64,000 bases of DNA, taken from positions 288,001 to 352,000 of the forward strand of contig CAVUXE010000053.1 in assembly GCA_963745235.1 (NCBI GenBank). The letters run 5' to 3'. The notes beneath the pieces were generated by a model, which saw nothing but the letters and a program-made list of their open reading frames with translations, had not been told where the DNA came from and searched no databases. Source of the DNA: an uncultured Spirochaetota bacterium (lineage in GTDB: Bacteria > Spirochaetota > Spirochaetia > SZUA-6 > Fen-1364). A program made the translations under genes and the position numbers. Below, in pieces: positions 20,000 through 29,926 of this stretch (positions are counted from its first letter, which is position 1; each line of letters starts with the position of its first letter).

Positions 20000-21195
20000 G
20001 ACTTGCGAACTCCAATGGTCAGAGGAGGGATCCCGAAGGGCGTGCGGATCCACGTCCTTCCCAGGAGGTTGTAGTCCACGCCCAGCGCGTAGTGCAGCTC
20101 AGGGCGGAAGAAGACCTTCACCGGCCCCAGCGCGAGCTCCGCGGTCGGGTCCCCCGCCAGGATGTACCAGTCCAGATAGTCCCGTCCGCCGAGCCCCGCC
20201 ACGTTGGTCACGATGACACCGAGACCAAGAGAAATGTGAAGCCTGAAAATGGAAGTGTAGGGAAAGATGATGTACGTCCCAAGCTGCGCGTTGGTGTCGT
20301 AATGACGGACAAGGGTGGTGGAGATGCTGTTCACGTCCAGTGACCGGTACGCCTCGACCCCCAGAAAAAGGGAATCCGGGATGATATGGATCCTGCCGCC
20401 AATCCCGACCCCCATGGCCTCTCCGAAGCTCCACGCAAGGTCCGCGTCGAAACGGGTCTCCGGGCGCAGCGGGGGCAGGCGAATGCTCACCTGGGGTGAA
20501 TCCAGCTTGTAGGTGCCGGAAAAGCTGTGGTATCCATCCTTGTGCACCCGGACCGGGATGGTTGAGCCGATCTCGAACTGGGTATAGGGAACGACGAGCA
20601 CGCCGCCGGCAATCTTTCCCGCCTCCCGGTCCAGCAGTACGACGCTGCTGCCCTCAGGAGGGCCGCTCACCTCGATGCGCTCCACGATCCCCGTGGGGGG
20701 CTCGACCTGGTAGCCGCCGCGGACGTAGCGCTGGATGGCGGGCTCGAACTGCTTCACGGCTTCCGAGACGCTGTCGAAAAGGGTGAGGCCTTTGCGCGCT
20801 GTCGTGAGGACCCCGCCAAGCATCGTGCGGACGGTGGGGTCATAGAGCGCGAACTGAATGATCAGCGTGTCACCCTGGACCAGGTAGAACGCGGCAACCA
20901 CGACATTTGCCCCGGCTGCATTCACACCGCGCAGGAGGTACGACACTCGCTCCTCGTCCGGGAGACGCGGCTGCTGAGGGCCTGTTCCAAGGGCAAGCCG
21001 GCCCGGCGCCACGGCAATCCCCGCGTTCTGCAGCGTGGTGCCGAGCCCGGTGGCAATGATATCTTCGACAAGCGGATCCGCGGCGCCGGCGGAGAGCGGC
21101 ACGATGAAAAGCGCGGCGGTACGGGCCTGGTCTGCCGCGAAGAGAAGAGTCGGGAGAATTGCCAGCAGGGAGACCAGGAGGGCCCGCTTTCTCAT
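19993..21195 (-). CDS. Predicted outer-membrane protein, likely paralog of 17652..18914
   Basis: Signal peptide; 'LIIQFALYD' vs 'LTIQVETYD'; 'RVHKDGYHS' PEGA-like; 'TRFDADLAWSF' vs 'PRFGTEVALSSF'; terminal W. Confidence 0.6.
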   Translation of the reverse strand: MRKRALLVSLLAILPTLLFAADQARTAALFIVPLSAGAADPLVEDIIATGLGTTLQNAGIAVAPGRLALGTGPQQPRLPDEERVSYLLRGVNAAGANVVVAAFYLVQGDTLIIQFALYDPTVRTMLGGVLTTARKGLTLFDSVSEAVKQFEPAIQRYVRGGYQVEPPTGIVERIEVSGPPEGSSVVLLDREAGKIAGGVLVVPYTQFEIGSTIPVRVHKDGYHSFSGTYKLDSPQVSIRLPPLRPETRFDADLAWSFGEAMGVGIGGRIHIIPDSLFLGVEAYRSLDVNSISTTLVRHYDTNAQLGTYIIFPYTSIFRLHISLGLGVIVTNVAGLGGRDYLDWYILAGDPTAELALGPVKVFFRPELHYALGVDYNLLGRTWIRTPFGIPPLTIGVRKSW

Positions 21196-21207
21196 CGCTG
21201 GCTCGCG

Positions 21208-22867
21208 CTACTTCGTTTCCATGATCTCCACGCCATCCCAGTCGGGAGCGGGAGGATCGGCGGCCATGCGCTCGCAGCGCTCGACAAACATGCCGGCCAG
21301 GAAATCTTCCGGCAGCAGCGCGCCAACCTCCCGGAATCCGCGGGCCGCCTCCTGAAAGCTGCGCGTGTAATACAGCTCCATGGAATCGTTGTGCAGGCGG
21401 ATGGCCCGCTCCTCCCGTTCGGAGGGGTCCTTGCGGACGGCGTAAATGCGGATGCCGCCGCGCCTGCCCTTGACCGCCACGGAGTCCACGATCCGGCTGG
21501 CCACGGCCCCGTCGATCTTCTCCTTCAGCATCTCGGTGATCAGGAGCGGCTGATGGTAGCGCTTGGTCAGCCCTTCCAGGCGGGAAGCAACGTTGACCAT
21601 GTCTCCAATCACCGTGTAGTCCATCTTTCTCTCCGTGCCGATGTTGCCCACCGTGACCGTCCCGTAGTTGATGCCGACGCCGATACGAAACTCCGGCTCA
21701 CCGAGGGACCGCTGTCCCTGGTTGAACTGCTCCAGGGAGTCCAGCATCTCGATGCCGGACAGCACCGACTGCAGAGCGTCGTCCTCATGGGGCACCGGTG
21801 CGCCGAAGAACGCCATGATTGCGTCCCCGATGTACTTGTCGATGATCCCTCCGCGGTTCATGATGATGTCCACCATCACGGAAAAGTAACGGTTGAGGCC
21901 CGCAACCAGGAGGCCGGGGTCCATCCCCTCCGACATCGTGGTGAAGCTGCGGATATCGGAGAAAAGAACGGACAGGATCCGGTTTTCCCCGACCAGCATG
22001 GACTCCGGGTTGGCGAACAGCCGGTCGATGAGCTCCTGCGGCACGTACTTCTGGAAGATATGGCGGATCTTCATCTCCTTCTTCTGGGAGACAACCGCCT
22101 CGAACGCGTAGCGCTTGATGCGCTCGTACGCCTTCTCGAGCTCTCCGACCATCACGTTGAACGTCTGGGACATCTCCCCGATCTCGTCGCTGTAGTCGAC
22201 CTGGACGCGCGCGCTGAGGTCGTTCGAGCTGATGATCTGCTTGATCGTCGCCGGCCGTCCGCGCCAGCGGACCGGTGAGATGGCGCACGAAGACGAAGAC
22301 CAGGGCCAGCGCGACAATGCACGCGCCAAGGGTCAGGAAGACCGTCTGCCACGTGATGCGCGAGACATCGCTGTAGAAGGCGGAGCGGACCTCCGTGGTG
22401 AAGACGGTCCAGCCGAACGGCTCGAAGGCGAAGCGCGTAGCCACCCGCGGGACCCCGCCGATGGTTATGGTCAGCAGGGACCGGTCCCCAGGCGCGACCG
22501 GCGACGTGAGGGCCTTCTTTTCCGCGTCCGTGAGCGACATCCTGGCCGTTGCCATCACGACGTTCCCGTCGTGGTCGAGGGCAAAGACGAGCTCGCTGTC
22601 GCTGAGCAGGAGCGTCCGCGCGTACGCCTCGATGCCGGCCTGCGCCGCCTGGACCATGTCCTGCCGCCCGCCCAGGTCGTTCTCCACGAGGATCCGCCAC
22701 TGGCTTTCCATGTACTGGGAGAGCTGGTCGGTCTTGAAGTTCAGGAACGTGACGATGACGCGCGTCACGGCGTTCCGCGCCAGGGAGGATGCGGCGATCC
22801 CGCCGATCACGAGTCCGGCGACGAGGAGAGGGAGCACGATGGCTATGATCTTCGTTCGAATTTTCAC
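21208..22867 (-). CDS. Membrane class III adenylyl cyclase (2 TM, periplasmic sensor, HAMP, cyclase, TPR-like tail); frameshift near 22250
   Basis: FSDIRSFT, DKYIGD and DYTVIGDMVNVASRLE motifs (K/T pair indicates ATP specificity). The N-half from GTG 22867 switches frame at LARTA/ATIKQ inside the HAMP domain. Confidence 0.88.
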
Positions 22868-23027
22868 ATGGCCCCCGGGCCGCATACTACCACAAGCGGT
22901 CTGTTCTGTCATCGTGAAAAGAACTGGTGAGGTTGAAACCGGCTTCCTGGAGCGGTAGATTCCTATGTACGAAACGTGGTATGCGCAGCCATTCACGAGG
23001 GCGAAACGAAGATGAGGTGGTGGCGTC

Positions 23028-25151
23028 GTGCCGTGGATGAGAAACGCGCTTCTCATCCTCCTTGGCACCGCGCTGGCCGGATGCCCCCTGCCCTACCAGT
23101 ACACCCGCGCGGGCTGGGTGGGCAACGCAAGCACAGTGGATCCCTCCACCCCGAGCATCAGCGGTATTCCGCGCATCACGTACACCCAGTCATCCGGGAG
23201 CGGCGGCACCATAGTCACGGGCGGTACCGCAACGACGTCCTCTGATACGATGATCACTCTTGTGAGCGACACCACGGGTGCCGTGATCTACTACACCACG
23301 GACGGCACCACCCCGGATCCGCGCTCCTCGCAGACCAGCCGGTTCAATCCCGGGTCTCCGATCCTGCTTTCGGTCCCCAGTCCGTCCCCGACTGATTCGT
23401 CCGCATCGATCTCCCTCAAGGCCGCCGCTATCGGGCCGAACATGAAGCCCAGCCCCGTGATGAGCGCCGGGGTGACGGTCCAGTATCCGCAGGCCGCGGC
23501 GCCTGTCTTCTCCCCCGCGGGCGGCTCCTACACGACTGACCAGAGCCTTGTCATGACCAGCGCGACCCCGGGGGCCGTCATCTACTACACGTTGGTGAAC
23601 GGGCCGGGCCCCGCGCCCGCGCCTGTCCCTGGTCAGGCCGGCACCCTGCAGTATAGCGGCCCCGTCACGCTCACCGGGCCAGCAAGCTCGTATACGATCT
23701 CTGCGATAGCCACTGTCAGCCAGATGATTGCCAGCGCGCAGGCGAGCGCATCCTACTCGATCTTCTACCCGGGGCTTGCCACACCGACGTTCAATCCGCC
23801 GGCCGGGACATATTCCAACGACCAGACGGTGACCGTTACGAGCGGCGCCGGTTCAACGATCTGGTACACCACGGACGGAAGCGCGCCCGCGGTCGGAACC
23901 TCGCCAAGCATACCCTCGGGGGGAGCGATCACCCTGACAGGCGGAGCTCCCGGGACCGGCGTCGCCTCCGTGCACGCGCTTGCAACGCAGACCGGGTTTG
24001 CAGACTCTCCGTCGGTGACCGCGAGCTACCTCTTCCAGGCCGCCGCGCCAGTGCCGTCGCCGGGCGGCGGCACGTTCTTCAACGACCTGACTGGGGTGGC
24101 AGGGGTGTTCATGGGCACGGTGACAAACGGCGCTGCAATCTACTACACGACTGACGGCAGCACGCCCACAACGTCTTCCACGCAGTACACCGGGGCAATC
24201 CAGATAACGGCCAGCACGACGGTGAAGGCGATTGCAGCCAGGGCGGACTACCTCAACTCCACTGTGACCAGTAACACATACACGCTTCAGGCGGCGGTGC
24301 CCGCCTTCAGCGCGGCCGGCGGCACCTACTCATCTGCCCTTTCAGTCAGCATAACCGAAACAACATCCGGCGCGTCCGTGTATTACACGACGGACGGTTC
24401 CACGCCCACGACTTCTTCCACCCTTTACAGCGGTTCCATTTCCATGCCGAACGGGCTTGCAACGCAGTTGAGCGCCATCGCCGTGAAACCCAACTACCTC
24501 ACGAGCGGCGTCGACACCGTGACCTACGTCGTCCTGATCCCGCCCTCGGGGCTTGCGCTGGGAGTCGCCTCAGGCACCACCATGTCCGCATCCTGGAGCG
24601 CGGTGCCGGCAGGTCCGTTGAGCAACTACGTGCTCGTGAGGGGAACGGAGCCCACGTTCACGGTGAGCCCGCAGACCATGACGGTGGCGGGCACAAGCTT
24701 CACTGACTCAGGCCTGTCCCCATCCTCGCAGTACTACTATGAAGTCAAGGCCGCCTACACGGGCGGGTCCAGCACGTATTCCGGGTCGCAGCAGGGATAC
24801 ACGCTCAGCCTGACAGGGGACCCGTCAGTCGTCAACCAGGACATTTCGTCGTACACGCCGCCCTCGACCTATGGCTCCTATTACTACGTCAGTGGTACAA
24901 GCTTTGCCACGACACCGACCGGCCCCGTGCTGCGCGAAGGCGGCTTCACGTTCGTTCCCTATGGGAAAGACACCGACAATGACATCCAGGTGGTGCTCGT
25001 CTGCTTCAATTCGAGCGGCGCGGAGGTCAATCAGTGGACCATCCCGGGAACGCGGTACGTCTGGTCCATGACCGAGTCCCTGGGGATCGTGACGATCGTT
25101 GGTCAATCAAATGTGGCGGTGACGATCCCCTGGGCGACCATCAAGCAGTAG
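23028..25151 (+). CDS. Lipoprotein B: five CHB_HEX_C/Fn3-associated repeats, one Fn3 domain, unique C-terminal domain
   Basis: Lipobox ALAG-C; five 'I(Y/W)YT' repeat units; Fn3 'SFTDSGLSPSSQYYYEVKA'. Confidence 0.8.
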   Translation: MPWMRNALLILLGTALAGCPLPYQYTRAGWVGNASTVDPSTPSISGIPRITYTQSSGSGGTIVTGGTATTSSDTMITLVSDTTGAVIYYTTDGTTPDPRSSQTSRFNPGSPILLSVPSPSPTDSSASISLKAAAIGPNMKPSPVMSAGVTVQYPQAAAPVFSPAGGSYTTDQSLVMTSATPGAVIYYTLVNGPGPAPAPVPGQAGTLQYSGPVTLTGPASSYTISAIATVSQMIASAQASASYSIFYPGLATPTFNPPAGTYSNDQTVTVTSGAGSTIWYTTDGSAPAVGTSPSIPSGGAITLTGGAPGTGVASVHALATQTGFADSPSVTASYLFQAAAPVPSPGGGTFFNDLTGVAGVFMGTVTNGAAIYYTTDGSTPTTSSTQYTGAIQITASTTVKAIAARADYLNSTVTSNTYTLQAAVPAFSAAGGTYSSALSVSITETTSGASVYYTTDGSTPTTSSTLYSGSISMPNGLATQLSAIAVKPNYLTSGVDTVTYVVLIPPSGLALGVASGTTMSASWSAVPAGPLSNYVLVRGTEPTFTVSPQTMTVAGTSFTDSGLSPSSQYYYEVKAAYTGGSSTYSGSQQGYTLSLTGDPSVVNQDISSYTPPSTYGSYYYVSGTSFATTPTGPVLREGGFTFVPYGKDTDNDIQVVLVCFNSSGAEVNQWTIPGTRYVWSMTESLGIVTIVGQSNVAVTIPWATIKQ

Positions 25152-25372
25152 GACTTCCGGCCCGCCCCGGCATCAGGGGTCTCATGTCGACGTGCGCATA
25201 ACGCCTCGACGCGAAGTCGCAGCGCGCGCGAAAGACCCAGGATAGGTAATATAGCCTACTCTGAAATTCGGCCTTTGTCCGCTTTTGGCGGCCAGGCAGG
25301 TCGGGATAGTCTGATTTCTGGCGCGAGCTCATGAGTAGCAGGCGCCGGGAGACTTTCGAGAGGAGGCACTCA

Positions 25373-26623
25373 ATGCAGAAGAGGGTTTTGTTCGTCTTCA
25401 TGGCTGTCGCCTGCTGTCTGTTGCTTGCCATGCCGGCGTTCAGCCAGAAGGTAAAGCTCACCGTCTGGGTCATCGATCTTCCCGACGATGACCCGTCTCA
25501 CGCCTACTCCAAGGCTTTGTCCACGGGCTTCCAGGCTGCCAACCCGGACATCGATCTGGAGTATGTCCCCCTGGGAAACGATCCCCTCAAGGACAAGACG
25601 AAAGTCGCCATGGCGACCAACACCGGCCTTCCCGACATCTTCCAGACCTGGGGCGGGTCCGTCATGGGAGCCTACGCCGATGCCGGCAGGTTGCTCGATT
25701 TGACATCTGACCTGAAGTCGGTTCCGGGAAGCTCGGCCGCGGCGTCTGCCATGACCTGGAAGGGCAGGATCTACGGCGTGGCCCCGTTCTTCGCCATTGC
25801 GGGTCTTTTTGTCAACGAAGGTATTTTCAAGGACAACAACCTGGAAGTCCCCACGTCGGTCGCGGATCTGGCAAAGGTCGCGGACGCCATCAAGGCAGCG
25901 GGGATCCAGCCCTTCGCCTGCGGCGCCAAGGACAAGTGGCCCACCCTCGCGTTGTACATGTACCTGACGGACCGCTTTGGCGGGGACATCTTCACGAAGG
26001 CCGCTGCAAGAAAGGCCCGGTTCGACAGCGACCCGTTCGTCAAGGCCGCCCAGCTGTACCAGGACTGGGTGAAGAAGGGCTACTTCGGAGACCAGCCGCT
26101 GGGTGAAGCCTACGGAGACGCCCAGCAGCTCATGGCAACGGGAAAGGCGGCCATGCAGGTCTCTGGCTCATGGCTGTGCTCCAACTACGCGAGCAAAGAC
26201 TTCACGGACCAGACCATCGGGTTCTATCCGTTCCCGATCATCCGGGGCGGCAAGGGTCTTGCAACTGACGTGATGGGCATGACCGACATCGGCTATGCCG
26301 CAACCAAGCAGGCCGCAGCCAAGAGGGCCGCGGTGGTGCGCTTCATGAAGTACGCAATGAGCCCGGACGCCGCGCAGGCTGACCCGGGACGCGTGACGTC
26401 GGTGCCGGGTGTGAAGGCCCCCTCCCACTTGACGGAGATGGCTTCTGCAGTGTTCGGAAAGGCCAAGTTGGTCCAGTTCTGGTGGGACCAGAACCTGCCT
26501 CCGGCGGTCACCACGCCGCTCAATGAAACCATCCAGACCTTCTTCCTTCCGGATACTGACGTCAAGGCTTCTCTCACCAAGTTCGAGCAACTGGCGACGG
26601 AGAACATGGGACCGGTCAAGTAA
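25373..26623 (+). CDS. Carbohydrate ABC substrate-binding protein (CUT1, probably xylo-oligosaccharides)
   Basis: AGGAGG RBS; signal peptide; 'LPDIFQTWGG' and 'GKAAMQVSGSW'; next to GH10/GH43. Confidence 0.88.
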   Translation: MQKRVLFVFMAVACCLLLAMPAFSQKVKLTVWVIDLPDDDPSHAYSKALSTGFQAANPDIDLEYVPLGNDPLKDKTKVAMATNTGLPDIFQTWGGSVMGAYADAGRLLDLTSDLKSVPGSSAAASAMTWKGRIYGVAPFFAIAGLFVNEGIFKDNNLEVPTSVADLAKVADAIKAAGIQPFACGAKDKWPTLALYMYLTDRFGGDIFTKAAARKARFDSDPFVKAAQLYQDWVKKGYFGDQPLGEAYGDAQQLMATGKAAMQVSGSWLCSNYASKDFTDQTIGFYPFPIIRGGKGLATDVMGMTDIGYAATKQAAAKRAAVVRFMKYAMSPDAAQADPGRVTSVPGVKAPSHLTEMASAVFGKAKLVQFWWDQNLPPAVTTPLNETIQTFFLPDTDVKASLTKFEQLATENMGPVK

Positions 26624-26629
26624 GCATCA

Positions 26630-26677
26630 GGACCGACCCAGCGGTGACGGCGCGGCGCGCCGTCACCCGCTCGGTCC
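26630..26677 (+). terminator. Intercistronic stem-loop after the SBP gene (mRNA stabiliser or attenuator)
   Basis: GGTGACGGCGC/GCGCCGTCACC stem (26643-26667) extended by GGACCGA/TCGGTCC; no U-tract. Confidence 0.6.
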
Positions 26678-26777
26678 GCTTGCTGGAAAGGTCTTGTCGC
26701 GCCTTGACTCACCAGCCCCTCTTACCTCAAGAATGACCGGAGAAGATGCCGCGCGCAAGGAAGGAATGGAGGCGGGT

Positions 26778-27710
26778 ATGAGCGATCTTGTGCAGGCGAT
26801 GACGATTCCCACCGGGCGTCGCAGAAAACGGGACCTGCATCGCAGCGCGTTCGTCTTTCTCCTGCTTTTGCCGGCCGTCGCCGCGCTTCTGTTCTTCATG
26901 TATTTCCCCATCGAGGAAACGTTCCGGCTCTCGTTCACCAGGGCTACAGGTATGGGGGACGCCACGTACATCGGGCTTCAGAATTACATCCGGCTGTTCG
27001 GGGACGAACAGTTCCAGGCCGGTCTTCTGCACGTCTTCGCCTGGGCGTTCTTCAGCGTCATCATCCAGGTCCCGCTGGCTTTCCTGATCGCTTTCTACCT
27101 CATCGGCTACCGCAACCGGGTGACCAAATCTCTTCGCGCTATATTTTACATGGCCAGCATCCTTCCCTCCGCGGTCACGGCAATGATCGGGCGGTTCGTG
27201 TTCTCTCCGAAGAACGGCATCATCCCCACCCTGGCCGCGGCGCTGAAGCTGCCCCTCATTTCCCGCATTGATTTTCTTGGGGACCCGCACATTGCGTTCT
27301 GGACAATCTTCATCGTGGCCACATGGACGTATACGGGATTCTACATCGTCTACCTGATGGCCCGCATAGAGCAGATCCCAATGGAAATCCGGGAAGCCGC
27401 CGAAATGGACGGCGCTACGGGATGGCGGTACGCGTGGCACATCGTTGTGCCCATCGTCTCCTATCCCCTGCAGATCATCTGCATCCTTTGCATCGTGGGA
27501 AGCATGAAGGTTTTCGACCTTCCCTTCATGATCACTGGCGGCGGACCGGGCAACGCGACAATGACGCTGGGGATCATCCTCTACAACAGAGGCTTCGTGG
27601 ACTGGCAGTATGGGACCGCCTCCGCGGTGGGAGTCATCATCCTGGTGTGCTCCCTGGTGTTCACCATCGTGCAGTTCTCCCTTCAGAGAAGGGAGGGAGC
27701 CGAGTCATGA
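26778..27710 (+). CDS. Carbohydrate ABC permease (MalF-like)
   Basis: 'IGLQNY'; EAA motif 'EAAEMDGA'. Confidence 0.9.
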   Translation: MSDLVQAMTIPTGRRRKRDLHRSAFVFLLLLPAVAALLFFMYFPIEETFRLSFTRATGMGDATYIGLQNYIRLFGDEQFQAGLLHVFAWAFFSVIIQVPLAFLIAFYLIGYRNRVTKSLRAIFYMASILPSAVTAMIGRFVFSPKNGIIPTLAAALKLPLISRIDFLGDPHIAFWTIFIVATWTYTGFYIVYLMARIEQIPMEIREAAEMDGATGWRYAWHIVVPIVSYPLQIICILCIVGSMKVFDLPFMITGGGPGNATMTLGIILYNRGFVDWQYGTASAVGVIILVCSLVFTIVQFSLQRREGAES

Positions 27711-28576
27711 GCAGCAACAACCCCTCTCTCACCGACACTTCCTCCGGTCGAACCAGCAAGCTCCCGGAAGTCGGCGTCACGGTGGTCCTGGTCCTCCTGG
27801 CGGCCTTGGTCATCCTGCCGCTCATCATTCCTTTCTTCTTCGTTTTCAAGACTCGCCTGGAATTCAACTATCACCCCTGGGCGCTTCCCAAGGCCATTCG
27901 GTGGGACAACTTCATCCTGGCCTGGCAGGGCATCCGGTTGGACAGGGGCATGTTCAACACTCTCAGAGTCTGCCTGGGCGCCATTGTGTGCACCATCCCT
28001 CTTTCGGCCATGGCTGGCTATGTCTTTGCCCGATACCGAAGCACAATCACCGAAATCGTGTTCTATTTCATCCTCGGGGGTTTCTTCGTGCCTGTCCAGA
28101 TGGTGCTCATTCCCCTGGTCAAGATGAGCGCGGCCATCGGGATTGCCAACACCCTGCCTGGCGTCTTCCTGCCCATGGCGGCCTTCGGCGTGTCTTTCTG
28201 GACAATGATCTACCGATCCTTTTTCCGGGACCTTCCCGGAGAGCTTGCGGATGCTGCGCGGATCGACGGCTCCGGCCACACCGGTACTTTTTTCCGCATC
28301 ATGCTGCCGCTGGCCCAGCCCGCCACCATCCTGGCGGTTATTCTCGTGTTCATAGCGGCGTGGAGCGACTACCTGCTCAGCCTTGTGATGCTGAACAGCC
28401 CTGACCTGTTCACCATGCAGCTGCGGACGTGGCAATTCACGGGACAGTACGGGGTTGACCACATGCCGCGCTACGCGGCCGCCGCGGTCATGTCCGCGGC
28501 GCCGACGGTGATCCTCTACATCATTGGCCACCGATGGGTGCTCCGCGGGACTCTTGCAGGGGCGCTGAAGGGCTGA
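27707..28576 (+). CDS. Carbohydrate ABC permease (MalG-like)
   Basis: ATGA coupling; 'ELADAARIDG'. Confidence 0.9.
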   Translation: MSSNNPSLTDTSSGRTSKLPEVGVTVVLVLLAALVILPLIIPFFFVFKTRLEFNYHPWALPKAIRWDNFILAWQGIRLDRGMFNTLRVCLGAIVCTIPLSAMAGYVFARYRSTITEIVFYFILGGFFVPVQMVLIPLVKMSAAIGIANTLPGVFLPMAAFGVSFWTMIYRSFFRDLPGELADAARIDGSGHTGTFFRIMLPLAQPATILAVILVFIAAWSDYLLSLVMLNSPDLFTMQLRTWQFTGQYGVDHMPRYAAAAVMSAAPTVILYIIGHRWVLRGTLAGALKG

Positions 28577-28608
28577 AAAAAACCGCGGCGGGTTTCCGCA
28601 GCCACGGT
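28576..28608 (-). terminator. Putative intrinsic terminator for the GH10 gene
   Basis: Minus-strand stem ACCGTGGC/GCCGCGGT followed by a T-run. Confidence 0.5.
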
Positions 28609-28626
28609 CATCTGCCAGGTGGTCAT

Positions 28627-29772
28627 CTACCACTTTGCCACTGCCCAGAATGCCGGCTTGGGTTTCTGGGAAGTATCGAACAGCAATGGCCAGTTCTTCC
28701 TCCCGGCCACGGGGAAGGAATCCAGCCAGGTGTGGTCATCCGCAATGCCCCAGAACGTCACTCCGGTGAGCCTTCCCGGCTGGCCGGCCCGGGAGGACCC
28801 AGGCGCTCCTGATTCGTCGCGAAAGACTTTGAAAAGAGCGCCGTACTGCGCCGCCTGTCTGCGTGCCAGGTCCGGAGGCAGAGCGGCCAGGGAAGAATTG
28901 TCTCCCCACCCGAAGACGGAGAGGTCAAGCTCCGTGATCTGGACCTGCACGCCCAGGGACGCAAAACGCTCAATCGCATCCCGGATGGTCCCTGCATCGG
29001 GACCGAAGATCGACCAGTGGCCCTGGATGCCCACGCCGTCCACCAGGCCCTTCTCCTTCAGCGCCTTGACCAGTTTCACCGCTGCCTCCAGCTTGGCTCC
29101 GCTTTCGATGTTGTAATCGTTGTAGAACAGCAAGGCAGAGGGATCCGCCTGGCGCGCGAACTCGAAAGCCTCCTCGATGTAGTCCGGTATCCCGTCCCCG
29201 TTCTCATCCGCGCCGGCCGCCTTGAACCAGGGGCTGTCCGTACGCCAGCCGCCGTCGTCGGACAGCGCCTCGTTGACAACGTCCCAGCAGTAGACCTGGC
29301 CCTTATAGCGCGTGAGCAGAGTGGTAATGTGATCCTTCATCCTGTCCAGGACGTCCGTGCGGGTGGCTGGTCCTTTGTCTCCCCGGAAGACCATCCAGGG
29401 AACCTGCTGGTGCCAGACGAGCGTGTGTCCCCTCACGCGCATTCCGTGCGCCTTGGCAAACGCCACAATCGCGTCTGCTCCAAGGAAATTGTAGGCCGAG
29501 GGCGCGTTGCCGCGCCGCGGGTGGATGCGTTCCCATTTCATGTCGTTCTCCGCCACAAGGCTGTTTACCTGCGTTGCCAGCAGGTTCTCCTGGGTGACGA
29601 GAGTCTGTGGATCCACGGCAGCGCCGATGGGAAAGAACTGCTGATAGAGAGAGGCGAGTGAAGGCACGGCAGCGTCATTGGACGCGCCCGGGGCTTGACT
29701 GCCAGACTGCGCGTCAAGGCGGGAGACACACACGCCAAGAAGGAGTGCCAGGACAGAAGGGATCCTCTTCAT
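28627..29772 (-). CDS. Endo-1,4-beta-xylanase, GH10, with signal peptide
   Basis: ENDMKW, RGHTLVWH, WDVVNEA (acid/base), QITELD (nucleophile). Confidence 0.92.
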   Translation of the reverse strand: MKRIPSVLALLLGVCVSRLDAQSGSQAPGASNDAAVPSLASLYQQFFPIGAAVDPQTLVTQENLLATQVNSLVAENDMKWERIHPRRGNAPSAYNFLGADAIVAFAKAHGMRVRGHTLVWHQQVPWMVFRGDKGPATRTDVLDRMKDHITTLLTRYKGQVYCWDVVNEALSDDGGWRTDSPWFKAAGADENGDGIPDYIEEAFEFARQADPSALLFYNDYNIESGAKLEAAVKLVKALKEKGLVDGVGIQGHWSIFGPDAGTIRDAIERFASLGVQVQITELDLSVFGWGDNSSLAALPPDLARRQAAQYGALFKVFRDESGAPGSSRAGQPGRLTGVTFWGIADDHTWLDSFPVAGRKNWPLLFDTSQKPKPAFWAVAKW

Positions 29773-29926
29773 CAGTCCACTATACCTTCTGCCTCGGACA
29801 CGAAGTATCGGTAATACCACCTATTAGCGAATGCATGTTTTATCCTCTTTCGGCTGCCGGCTGGTCCGTATACCGTGGGACGGTGACGTACGATTCGCAC
29901 GCTTGGGCGCAAAGGCACGGAACAGA

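Noticed and set aside
11836-25151. Invertible or mobile element bounded by the inverted paralogous lipoproteins; DGR targets
   Set aside because: No recombinase, transposase or reverse transcriptase is present, and the paralogs are too diverged at DNA level to be inversion repeats.
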